Source: Promethearchaeota archaeon
GTDB lineage: Archaea > Asgardarchaeota > Lokiarchaeia > Sigyniarchaeales > SOKP01
Direction: 5' to 3'
Assembly (NCBI GenBank): GCA_013375475.1
Contig: JABXKD010000010.1
Location: forward strand, 1-63,638
Length of the DNA: 63,638 nucleotides
Position 1 is the first letter of the stretch. Every line of letters begins with the position of its first letter. This document shows positions 30,993 to 39,782 of the stretch, piece after piece. The notes below the pieces were generated by a model. The model did not search any database. It saw only the letters and a list, made by a program, of their open reading frames with translations, and had not been told where the DNA came from. Made by a program: the position numbers and the translations under genes.

Positions 30993-31526
30993 TCATCCAT
31001 ATGTTTTCGAATAAGATTCTATCAAAATTTCTGTAAGGACTGTGAAAGTCTTCTCTACATTTTGCCCAGTTTTAGACGACAGTTCGGTATATGCAGAGAG
31101 ATTATACTTTTTCGCTATTGCAATTCCTTCTTCTTTTGAAACCTCTCGAGATTTTTCTAAATCTAGTTTATTGCCTATTAAAATAATGGGAATTTCTCCT
31201 GACTGTTCTCGAATAATTTGAGTCCAATCTGGCAAATGGTCTAACGATTGACGATTAGTTATATCGTACATAATAATAGCTCCATTTTTCCCTTTACAAT
31301 ATTGATGTAAGAGGAATCTGAATCGTTCTTCCCCTCCAAAGACCCAAAATTGCAATTTAACCTTCTTTCCTATACATTCTTGAGTTTTGGTATAAAAATC
31401 CACCCCAATTGTCAATTTAGATTCGTCTAGAAAGAACGGAGAGATATAGCGATGGACAAATTCCTCTTTTCCACTCGATGGGTCCCCTAACAATAGAACT
31501 GTAAAAGTAAAATCATAACTCGCCAT
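30993..31526 (-). CDS. Rab-like small GTPase with degenerate G1/G3 motifs
   Basis: TIGVDF, KLQFW, ERFR, YDITN, GNKLDL, SSKTGQNV; G1 reads GDPSSGKE, G3 reads WVFGG. Confidence 0.92.
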   Translation of the reverse strand: MASYDFTFTVLLLGDPSSGKEEFVHRYISPFFLDESKLTIGVDFYTKTQECIGKKVKLQFWVFGGEERFRFLLHQYCKGKNGAIIMYDITNRQSLDHLPDWTQIIREQSGEIPIILIGNKLDLEKSREVSKEEGIAIAKKYNLSAYTELSSKTGQNVEKTFTVLTEILIESYSKTYG

Positions 31527-31776
31527 TTTTTTAGGTAAAAAAATCTAATTAGTATTAACAAAAAAGTCTAAGTATAAAAATATGATAGTGTTCCAAATAA
31601 TCTATCTATTCCTATTCGTACTTTTTAATCGTTCGCATTCCCCGCTTACGTCTTAGTAGACAATATATCATTACGATATGAAAATGTTATCGGAGTGGAG
31701 AGGACTGGAATTTCTGCTTAAAAGGGTTATACTTAAGAAGAATATGGGCTTAGGTAGAAAAACAGTAATCGGTATT

Positions 31777-31846
31777 GACGCTTCGCTTAGAGCGTGGCTT
31801 GGCGTCCTACTGCCCCTTCGGAGCGGACGCACCCGAGTCGCCACGG
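31777..31846. other. GC-rich nested stem-loop (candidate single-strand origin or structured RNA)
   Basis: CGTGGC(31793)/GCCACG(31840) and GCGTCC/GGACGC stems enclosing CTTCGG; contains GCTTCGCTTA. Confidence 0.5.
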
Positions 31847-31903
31847 TGGGAGTGCATTTTTCCGAGAGTACATCTACGGATAATTGAATTATAATTTTAA
31901 ATA

Positions 31904-33127
31904 TTAAAATGTAAGAATTCCTATTTGATTTTCAATGATATAAGTTACTTGCTCCTTTGTCAATTCTCCATTCCATATCTTTAAAAGAGCATTATACAAT
32001 TCCAGAGTTGATAATAAGCCCCACTCTTGAGATTCGGATTTCTTTATGACTGTTTTATCAAAAAAACTCCCTCTCTCTTCTGGTTTTTTGTTTCTATATG
32101 CATTACAAATGAAGATTTGCTTAATCCTTTTCATACTTTCTTCTTCTTTTTCTTTTTCTAACTCCTCAGCATGCCATTTATACATTTGGCTTATGTTTTT
32201 TTCATGAGCAATCTTCTCTAACCCTTTGATTTCTGCTAGTATTTTAGTATTTTCTGTTTCGCAGAATAAATCTGTACGATCTACTGTTCGCCTTATGTTT
32301 TGGAAGCCTAAAAAAGAGAAAATTTTAGAAATAGTTTTTTCCAATGGTTTATCGTATCCATATAACAAGATTTCATACGATTCTATTCTTTTTATCTTCT
32401 CATTAATTTCTAGGGATTCCTCAACCAAACTTTTTTTATCAAAACGATCATAATCCTTTAACCACTTAGGTTTTTTAATTGCTAAATCAAAACCTCGTTT
32501 GTACAACTCGAGCTCAAATTTATCAATATTTGCTAAGCATGTTTCTATAAAATCTCGTTTTAAAGTAGGTTGCGGTAAGAAAATTAAAAAATTCTTTTCT
32601 AATCTAACAATTAATGATATTATATTTCCTTTTTTGTTTTTAGCTAATACATAGGAATCGCTTGGTAAATCCTTTGGTTGAATAGCCCACTTCCAATGAT
32701 ACGGTTGATTTTTTTCGTTAAAAAGTAACTTAGAGAGGTTATATTTGGGATTAGTCATAACAATTTTATTTCCTTTTGTAATTATTGAAGGAGGTATACC
32801 GCTCCATAAACTAGATATTATATCAGAAGTCTCTTCTTTTCTTTGATGTGCTTGTGTTATCACAGAATCAATTTTTGAAGCAAAAATGAATTTTATTTGC
32901 GCTAATTCTCCAGAAATCAATTTTCGTAAAGCATTTGTCTGATCGTAATCAAATCTATGGTAGTCCTCGAAATCAATAAAGAATACATCGTAATCTTCAA
33001 AGTTATAAGTTTGAAATCTATTCCAATTTGTTATATCAATTCTAGTTTCCTTAGGAGTTTTTATTGGATTTTCTTTTTTTTTATCATTTATATTGTCATC
33101 TATAATTAAACAATTTGTCTTATTCAT
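31904..33127 (-). CDS. Hypothetical protein with C-terminal PD-(D/E)xK restriction-endonuclease-like domain
   Basis: LEKTISKIFSFLGF...TDLF...LAEIKG...ISQ pattern typical of Mrr/REase folds. Confidence 0.65.
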   Translation of the reverse strand: MNKTNCLIIDDNINDKKKENPIKTPKETRIDITNWNRFQTYNFEDYDVFFIDFEDYHRFDYDQTNALRKLISGELAQIKFIFASKIDSVITQAHQRKEETSDIISSLWSGIPPSIITKGNKIVMTNPKYNLSKLLFNEKNQPYHWKWAIQPKDLPSDSYVLAKNKKGNIISLIVRLEKNFLIFLPQPTLKRDFIETCLANIDKFELELYKRGFDLAIKKPKWLKDYDRFDKKSLVEESLEINEKIKRIESYEILLYGYDKPLEKTISKIFSFLGFQNIRRTVDRTDLFCETENTKILAEIKGLEKIAHEKNISQMYKWHAEELEKEKEEESMKRIKQIFICNAYRNKKPEERGSFFDKTVIKKSESQEWGLLSTLELYNALLKIWNGELTKEQVTYIIENQIGILTF

Positions 33128-33239
33128 GTTTATCTTAATCCTGAATGGTTAATTTCCATAATAATAATTTTTCTTTCTTTCAATTTTATCATTGACTTAT
33201 AATAATTGCGATTTTCCTTTTATAGACTTTGGAATGTTT

Positions 33240-34073
33240 TTAAGGGTATATTAATTTAAATTTTTTTGTTAGATTATCATTTTCCATAAATGGTATTAGC
33301 TTAAAAATATTATAAACAAAATTCTTTATCACAGAATTATCATCAGTATCTTTTATAACATCAAAATTATTTAAAAGAGTCTTAATTTCCAGTAAATTTT
33401 TTTCGTTCAGATAATCAATCAGCCCAAGATTTTTATTATTATTACTTTTTCTAAGAATTACATTTTCTAAATTAGTTAATGCCTCCTCAATATTAATTTG
33501 TAATTGTCCTTTTTCTTCGTTTTTCAAAATATAACGACAACTAATATAGAATTTTAAAAATCCTCCGAGAAGTTCATAAAATTCATGATTTGTATCTATA
33601 CCTTTCATTCCGTTCATAATTTCTTTTATGTAATCAACATATGATACATAAATCTCTGTAAAATTTGAAAGGTTATAGTCAACAAAACAATCTATTAAGT
33701 GATTTGAATAATAGAACACTTTTTCTATTTGGTCACTAATAGAAGCTTCAGGTTGTTGTGCAAAATGAATATAATCTGTTTTTTTATAGATAAAAATGTG
33801 CCCTAATTCGTGAATTAATTCATAAATAGGGTGATAATGATTATACTCAATTTTCCAATGATTATTTTCCTTTAAAGTTGCACTTGAATTATTGTGAATC
33901 ACTTCTAATCTTATATCTTTATCAGATAGTAATAAAAGCCTCTGAAATGAATCCATTTTGCGTTCCAGATTTGAAATGCAATTATTACATATTTCTCCGT
34001 GATTAAAATATTGATCAATTGAAAGTTGATTATTGCAATAATTACACCTATAAATTCTTCCAAAAATCGGCAT
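33240..34073 (-). CDS. Zn-finger plus HExxH zincin metallopeptidase-like protein (ImmA/IrrE-like)
   Basis: CNYC..CNNC N-terminus; LIHELGHI; downstream N.LIDCFVD. Confidence 0.6.
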   Translation of the reverse strand: MPIFGRIYRCNYCNNQLSIDQYFNHGEICNNCISNLERKMDSFQRLLLLSDKDIRLEVIHNNSSATLKENNHWKIEYNHYHPIYELIHELGHIFIYKKTDYIHFAQQPEASISDQIEKVFYYSNHLIDCFVDYNLSNFTEIYVSYVDYIKEIMNGMKGIDTNHEFYELLGGFLKFYISCRYILKNEEKGQLQINIEEALTNLENVILRKSNNNKNLGLIDYLNEKNLLEIKTLLNNFDVIKDTDDNSVIKNFVYNIFKLIPFMENDNLTKKFKLIYP

Positions 34074-34328
34074 TTTTCCAGTTTTTAACTAATAATATTT
34101 TTGCCTTTATCTATAATAAATGCAATTTATATATATCTTTTTCCTCTATTCATTACAATAATCATTATCTCCCTCACCCGTGGTACCCTCTTCTAAAAAA
34201 GTAAGTTAGAATAAATCCTTCCCTTGCTTACGGCACTACTCGATTTTGTGATTTTCATCACAGTCAATATTGTTTCCGTGAGGATTTGTCTTTTCAATTC
34301 ATCCATTACATCTAGAAAAATTAGTATT

Positions 34329-34400
34329 TAGCTTCGCTTACGCTTCGCTATCGCGACCTTGCTCCGCTTCGCTTCGCAACCATCAAGGGCTAACGGGTCG
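34329..34400. repeat. GCTTC(GC) tandem-repeat/hairpin cluster upstream of rep; candidate origin
   Basis: GCTTCGCTTACGCTTCGCTA...GCTCCGCTTCGCTTCGCAA; CGACC/GGTCG stem. Confidence 0.55.
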
Positions 34401-34747
34401 TTCCAAGTCTGTTGATCTTTTTTTGAGAGCATTAAATCATCTTACCATTATTTTATTCCTGAGTTAAAGAAAAAATTTGAATTTCGTAGTCTTTTTTGGG
34501 ATCGATTTTTTTGGAGCGAATGAACTCGATTGGGATACTAAAGTAGTATTGGTCTCCTTTCTTGGTTGGGCGCTTAATGATGGTCGTTATTTTTTTGTTC
34601 TCCATGATAGTAATAGAAACAATTATAGTATATATATCTTTTTCTGTTATACGAAAAATTATAGGTCTCTTAGGATATATAACTAGGATTATCTGTTATA
34701 TTAACTATAATACTTTTAATAACAGATATCGAGATGATGAAAAAAAA

Positions 34748-35914
34748 ATGTCAATTAAGTTTGGAAGAGCGCACGGGAACGGGTATCACGACAGCGTGGT
34801 GCGGAAGATAACCGTGAAACTCCCTAAAGCGTCTTACGATCGCATAGAGTACGAAATAAGTCAGATAGAGCAAAACGGGGATGTAATTCACGAACGAGAG
34901 TATCACCAATCGTTCATTAAAAGAATCTGCATTAGGTGTCCAATTAGTTATAAGGACGGAAAGCGGGAATACATGGAGAAGCGGGGAGATTTGTTCGTGT
35001 GTTCTCATTGCGGACTAATTAAAGTACCCAAGGGTATAGAATACGATGCTAACGAAGATACTTGTTTTATTCAGGGTTCTTCGACTCGAGCGAGAGATTT
35101 AAACGATCGATTGAATAAATTCAAAGAAAAAGCGCTGAAAGAAGGCGTCAAAGTAGGTAAAATTAAGCACATCGCTTTTAGTCCAACTAAAGCTCTAATA
35201 GAAGAAATTTTAACCAACTACAATTCTTATCTCAAGTTTAGAAAGGAAATCGTGATTAGCACTATTTTAGAAGAATCTGGGTTGTTTGCAGGAGTTTTAA
35301 TTTTCGATTTATGGTCAAAACAATGTAAAATTTGCGGGAAAAAAGAACACGAATGTTCGTGCAATGAAAAGGATTTAGAACGGGTGATCAGTCCTCACTT
35401 TCATTACATTGGATACGGCTACATTCTCCACACCAACGACTTTCGCGAAAAGTTTAAAGATTGGGTATACGTGAATTTCGGTAGCAGAGACGACGCGTAC
35501 CACACGATTTTCTACGCTCTAACGCACTGCGCGATGTGGAGAAAAGAAAACGGAAAGCTAAAACCCGCCTACGAGTTCGCGGGATTCTTACGACCTAAGC
35601 ACTTAGAACCGATACACGCGGTAACGAAATATATCCCGCACACCTGTAAAGTTTGTAAACAACCGACCAGAAGAATTATGAGCGGGCTCACAAGAGTAGG
35701 GAAATTTCCTCATGCGATTCAAGTTCACATTTCAGAGGGCGAATTAAAGCTCGGGAGCGAGATACGATATAAAGCGCTCGTTAGAAGTTATCGAATTTGT
35801 CATATTGAACTATTAAGGGATGTTGTTGAGATTAATAAGATTCGCTACGAAAAATACAAGCGAAAAAGGAAGAAAAATGAAGTAATCGAAAAAAAGGGAA
35901 GCGGATATGGTTAA
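34748..35914 (+). CDS. Rolling-circle replication initiator, HUH endonuclease (archaeal SNJ1-RepA-like/IS91-related type) with Zn-binding motifs
   Basis: Motif I HIAFSP, motif II SPHFHYIG, motif III YALTH; CxxC pairs; ATG 34748 preferred over TTG 34562 (upstream is AT-rich and noncoding-like). Confidence 0.82.
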   Translation: MSIKFGRAHGNGYHDSVVRKITVKLPKASYDRIEYEISQIEQNGDVIHEREYHQSFIKRICIRCPISYKDGKREYMEKRGDLFVCSHCGLIKVPKGIEYDANEDTCFIQGSSTRARDLNDRLNKFKEKALKEGVKVGKIKHIAFSPTKALIEEILTNYNSYLKFRKEIVISTILEESGLFAGVLIFDLWSKQCKICGKKEHECSCNEKDLERVISPHFHYIGYGYILHTNDFREKFKDWVYVNFGSRDDAYHTIFYALTHCAMWRKENGKLKPAYEFAGFLRPKHLEPIHAVTKYIPHTCKVCKQPTRRIMSGLTRVGKFPHAIQVHISEGELKLGSEIRYKALVRSYRICHIELLRDVVEINKIRYEKYKRKRKKNEVIEKKGSGYG

Positions 35915-36119
35915 AATGAATATTTATATATTATTTCTAATAAAAAAGTAAACTTTCACTTTAAGCAAGATAAATCGGTGAACTGCAATTTTAGAGAAAA
36001 TCCTTTCTCTCTCATCGGTTAAAATAAATTAATGATTTGATAATTAAATTAATTAATCTTAATTTTGAGTAATCTAGTTAATAAGAATTTTATAATGTGA
36101 AGATTAAATTTTACTAATT

Positions 36120-36944
36120 ATGGATACTGCTAACATTCGTTCTTACAATACGACTCTAAAGAAAATGATTAGTTTAGCCAAAAACCTTGCGAAAAACGAA
36201 ATTCCTATAATTTACGAGTTAGGTCACTACCTTGCTGATAATGTAATATCTAAAGTATGTATGGTTGTGCTTGCACGAAACAATCGACCTGATTTAATAT
36301 TTGAAAATGAAAAAGATGGTCGAACTTATGACTTTCCAATATTGTATAAAAATATGCGACGAGAATTCTTTCCGAATTTAGAAAAGTATGAGAAGATCGT
36401 TAAGGATTTTCATATTGAAAGGGGTATTTACCAACATAGATTTGAATCGTTAAAACAAACCTTCAGGCAATCAGAAGCAGAAAAATATGTTGATTTCGTA
36501 ATAAATACTATGAGAAAGACTGGAATTTTAGGTACAAAAGAACTAATACCATATGTAAGTTTATTGAGTGAACCTACAACCGTTAAGAATTATGAAATCA
36601 GAATCAAACAAGATGCATATCAAGAATTATATAATTTATTGATTGATCCTGAAAAAAAGAATATAATAATTGCCTTAAAGAACAAATTAGATTTCAGGTT
36701 AAAGCGTTATTTAAAAGAAGATCTAATAATGGAAGAACATAGTTCCTATGGTTATACGACTATCCATAACTCTGAATGGTCGATAGATGGATTTTCTCAA
36801 AGATTTTCAATTGTAGATAAAACAAATAATGAAACTTTTTCTTACAATCAACCGACTACAAATAAACATGTCTTAGAAGAATTTCTAAAATATTTCAAAG
36901 GTTGTTTGAAAGAGCAAGGAATAAACATAAAAGATTTTAACTAA
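36120..36944 (+). CDS. Hypothetical protein with N-terminal HEPN-like domain
   Basis: Helical domain with an Rx4H motif (FHIE-RGIYQH). Confidence 0.5.
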   Translation: MDTANIRSYNTTLKKMISLAKNLAKNEIPIIYELGHYLADNVISKVCMVVLARNNRPDLIFENEKDGRTYDFPILYKNMRREFFPNLEKYEKIVKDFHIERGIYQHRFESLKQTFRQSEAEKYVDFVINTMRKTGILGTKELIPYVSLLSEPTTVKNYEIRIKQDAYQELYNLLIDPEKKNIIIALKNKLDFRLKRYLKEDLIMEEHSSYGYTTIHNSEWSIDGFSQRFSIVDKTNNETFSYNQPTTNKHVLEEFLKYFKGCLKEQGINIKDFN

Positions 36945-37603
36945 ATATCTACATCATTAAGAAGATCCGAATTTACATCATCAAAATACCCGTTTTCAGC
37001 AATAATTTTTACTGTGGATTCAATATCAATAAATTTATAATACTCTGCAATTTTTTTGAAAGTAAAAACAATATATTTTCCAACAGTGTCGTTTGATTTC
37101 TTTATGTACTCTAGGTTATGGTCAATATCTATCCCGATCACCTTATCTATTAAAGCCATATCGGGATGTTTATTACATTCTATATAAGCTTCATCTATTT
37201 TACCCATATTATGAGCGATAACATTCCTTCTACAAATACATTCTCTTAATTCTTCCCATATTTTAAATTCGTTCTCAAAATTGATTTGAAAATTAGCATC
37301 GAAGAATTTCAATATTTTTAAAGGGGTTGTCTTAAAATTTTTCCTTATTAAGTTCTTTTCCTCATTTAATTCATTAAAAAATTCTCGATTGAAAGTTTCA
37401 AATATAGTTATACTATAAATGTGAACTATTTTCAAAAAGAGAGAGTTTTGACCTGGAATAAAAGAATTCATGACCTCTTTCCAGACTCCTTCTACGCTCT
37501 GATCTTCAATTAGACTTATCATTTGATCAATAAAAAATTCTAAATCTATTGTTTGCTTAATAAATTCTAAAAAGATTACAGAAAGCTTTTCTTCAAATTC
37601 CAT
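36941..37603 (-). CDS. HEPN-domain putative RNase
   Basis: ICRRNVIAHNMGKID: canonical RNx3H HEPN motif; upstream SITIFE helix. Confidence 0.75.
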   Translation of the reverse strand: MEFEEKLSVIFLEFIKQTIDLEFFIDQMISLIEDQSVEGVWKEVMNSFIPGQNSLFLKIVHIYSITIFETFNREFFNELNEEKNLIRKNFKTTPLKILKFFDANFQINFENEFKIWEELRECICRRNVIAHNMGKIDEAYIECNKHPDMALIDKVIGIDIDHNLEYIKKSNDTVGKYIVFTFKKIAEYYKFIDIESTVKIIAENGYFDDVNSDLLNDVDI

Positions 37604-37822
37604 AAAGAAACAATTATAAATTAAGTCTATTTAGAGGAAAATAGGAAACAAAGATATAAAAATAAAACACATGAATATTTATATTTAATAATTTATATTT
37701 AAAGAAAAAATGATCTAAAACGATTTATTACTGTATCTAAACTCACTATAAAAAAAAATATAGTGTTTAAATTATCTGTTCTTTATTGATAGATAAAACA
37801 GCAAAAGGAAAAAGAGTAAGTC

Positions 37823-37838
37823 TCACACTTTCGTATAA
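37823..37838 (+). repeat. Right terminal direct repeat TCACACTTTCGTATAA
   Basis: 15/16 identical to 26970-26985. Confidence 0.7.
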
Positions 37839-37916
37839 AACCACACAGATTTTTCCAACGAATAGAAAAAAAATTTAGAGGAATTTTTTTATCTTAATCA
37901 GTATTTTCTAGATTAT

Positions 37917-38585
37917 ATGGGATTACTACTGAAAATTGCGGGCAAGAAATTGGAAGACATCGATGTGTTTCTCGAAAAAACGGTCGAAATTATAAACAAC
38001 GGAGGTCTGATAGCTTTTCCGACTAATTCAGTTTACGGTCTAGGAGGAAATCCACTCAATCTTGAAGTAGTAAATAGAATTTACGATATCAAGTATCGAG
38101 ATCGATCAAAAGGACTATTGCTATTAGTCGCCGATACTGAAGAAGCAGAAAAGATTGCGGAATTTAACAAAATAAGTTATAAGCTAGCTGAACGCTTCTG
38201 GCCAGGTCAATTGACTTTAATATTAGCAAGAAAAGAACCCAACATAATTCCTCCGGAAGTTACGGCTTTTAAAAATACGATTGGTATCCGCGTACCGGAA
38301 AACGAGATCATCCTAACGATTTTAAAAAAATTAAAAGCAAAAGGATATTTTGGTGGAATTATTGGAACATCAGCTAACTATTCTGGGGAACCTCCATCGA
38401 TAAGTGGGGACGAAGTAGCGAAAAAATTTTTAACGCCGATCGATTTAATACTTGATGGGGGAAAAACTAAAACAAAAGTTCCCACAACAATCCTTGATTG
38501 TACCTCAAAAGAATTAAGGTTTTTGCGGATTGGGATCGTAAAAGAAGAGGATATCGAAAATTTAATTGAATCAATTAAAGAATAA
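37917..38585 (+). CDS. sua5: Threonylcarbamoyl-AMP synthase Sua5/TsaC (YrdC domain only)
   Basis: AFPTNSVYGLG, KYR...K, FWPGQLT, GIRVP, TSANYSG. Confidence 0.96.
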   Translation: MGLLLKIAGKKLEDIDVFLEKTVEIINNGGLIAFPTNSVYGLGGNPLNLEVVNRIYDIKYRDRSKGLLLLVADTEEAEKIAEFNKISYKLAERFWPGQLTLILARKEPNIIPPEVTAFKNTIGIRVPENEIILTILKKLKAKGYFGGIIGTSANYSGEPPSISGDEVAKKFLTPIDLILDGGKTKTKVPTTILDCTSKELRFLRIGIVKEEDIENLIESIKE

Positions 38586-38601
38586 ACATTTGGAGTAAAT
38601 T

Positions 38602-39138
38602 TTGAATAAATTTAATTTATTAATCTCAACTTCGAGATTTAACGAAGTGAATGCAAAAGCAGAACTTTGGTTTACGCTGTTAATGTGTGGCGATAAGTAC
38701 CCCATTATATCGGGAACCAAATATCCCGGATTAATAACTGCTGCAACCAATATTGAGAATAAAGAAGTTGTATTAAAGATCAAAAAAATCCTTGAAAAAG
38801 ATCCAGATTTCTTTCAATTTATACTTAAAATTGTCCCTATTGATTACGTGTGTGAAACTAAGCTTAATATATTAAAAGAGATTGTAGAAAAATATCATTC
38901 TCTTTATTTAAACAAAAATAATTCTTTTAAGATCGAATTAAATCGCAGAAAAAGTACAATTATAGATCGAGATATCTTAATTGAAACGATAGCAAAAATA
39001 TTTAATAATAAAGTCGATTTGGATAATCCAGATAGAATTTTAAGAATAGAAATACTAGGAAATGTTAGTGGAATATCGTTTTTAAATCCCGATGATATCC
39101 TTATCATCAATAATAAGTATAACCTTCGATTAGACTAA
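38602..39138 (+). CDS. THUMP-domain RNA-binding protein
   Basis: SFKIELNRR...KVDLDNPDRILRIEI. Confidence 0.9.
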   Translation: MNKFNLLISTSRFNEVNAKAELWFTLLMCGDKYPIISGTKYPGLITAATNIENKEVVLKIKKILEKDPDFFQFILKIVPIDYVCETKLNILKEIVEKYHSLYLNKNNSFKIELNRRKSTIIDRDILIETIAKIFNNKVDLDNPDRILRIEILGNVSGISFLNPDDILIINNKYNLRLD

Positions 39139-39782
39139 CTTTTCTCTAAACTTAATAAAGCCATTTTTTCACATATTAAATCGTTTAAAGCCTCATATAA
39201 ACGCTCTAATTTAAATGATTTTATCTCTTTTTTATCGTTTTTATATCCGTAAGAATGTAAAACGGTTATAATCTGGTTGTCAGAAAATTCAAAATAGTTT
39301 TTAATGCGTTCAAACTTATCAAAAGATAAATATCCTAAATCTAAACTAATATCTTTAGAATCTAAGTATTCGTTTATTTCTCTATTTACCTGCTTAAGAT
39401 TATCCTCAGAAGAAATTATGCAAAAATTTATTTTTTTATTGGTTAAATTATAATCCTTTACACCAAAACCTTCAAGGCTTAGCTTAATTTGTCTATTGGC
39501 AGCTAAATATAGAAGGAATTCAAGATTCTTCTTTTTTGAAATATTATTGCTTGCATAAAAAGCTTTTTGAACGAAATAACAAGCATATAATATGTGTTCT
39601 GGATTCAAAACATATTTATCGTTGAAGAATTGTAAGAAAGTATCTTTATGATGACTATGAACAATCTCATTTAATTCCACTAATTCGTTTATCTGAACCT
39701 TTTTAGGATCAATTTCAATCTGGTTAATTCCAACATAATAGTTGGATAATCCATTTGAATCCTTTATAAAATAGATATTCAT
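39135..39782 (-). CDS. cgi121: KEOPS complex subunit Cgi121 (start approximate)
   Basis: HILYA...AF...NISKKKNLEFLLYLAANRQIKLSLEGFG; C-terminal EKMALL. Confidence 0.9.
   Translation of the reverse strand: MNIYFIKDSNGLSNYYVGINQIEIDPKKVQINELVELNEIVHSHHKDTFLQFFNDKYVLNPEHILYACYFVQKAFYASNNISKKKNLEFLLYLAANRQIKLSLEGFGVKDYNLTNKKINFCIISSEDNLKQVNREINEYLDSKDISLDLGYLSFDKFERIKNYFEFSDNQIITVLHSYGYKNDKKEIKSFKLERLYEALNDLICEKMALLSLEKS

Larger units (their letters stand above)
26970..37838. mobile_element. Integrated element encoding a rolling-circle HUH Rep (plasmid-, provirus- or transposon-like), no integrase recognised
   Basis: Terminal direct repeats, sua5 5' duplication, HUH Rep, RHH regulator, CG-rich genes and hairpins, defence-like cargo; interrupts the porB-sua5 housekeeping run. 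Confidence 0.8.

Noticed and set aside
31678-31887. 69-aa ORF across the GC-rich hairpin
   Set aside because: No protein-like features; better explained as a stop-poor structured non-coding element
34562-34747. Hydrophobic N-terminal extension of Rep in the ORF track
   Set aside because: AT-rich, low-complexity sequence; the CG-rich coding style begins near ATG 34748
37744-37765. CACTATA-A8-TATAGTG inverted repeat near the right end of the island
   Set aside because: Short and AT-rich, with no counterpart at the left end; cannot be called a terminal inverted repeat
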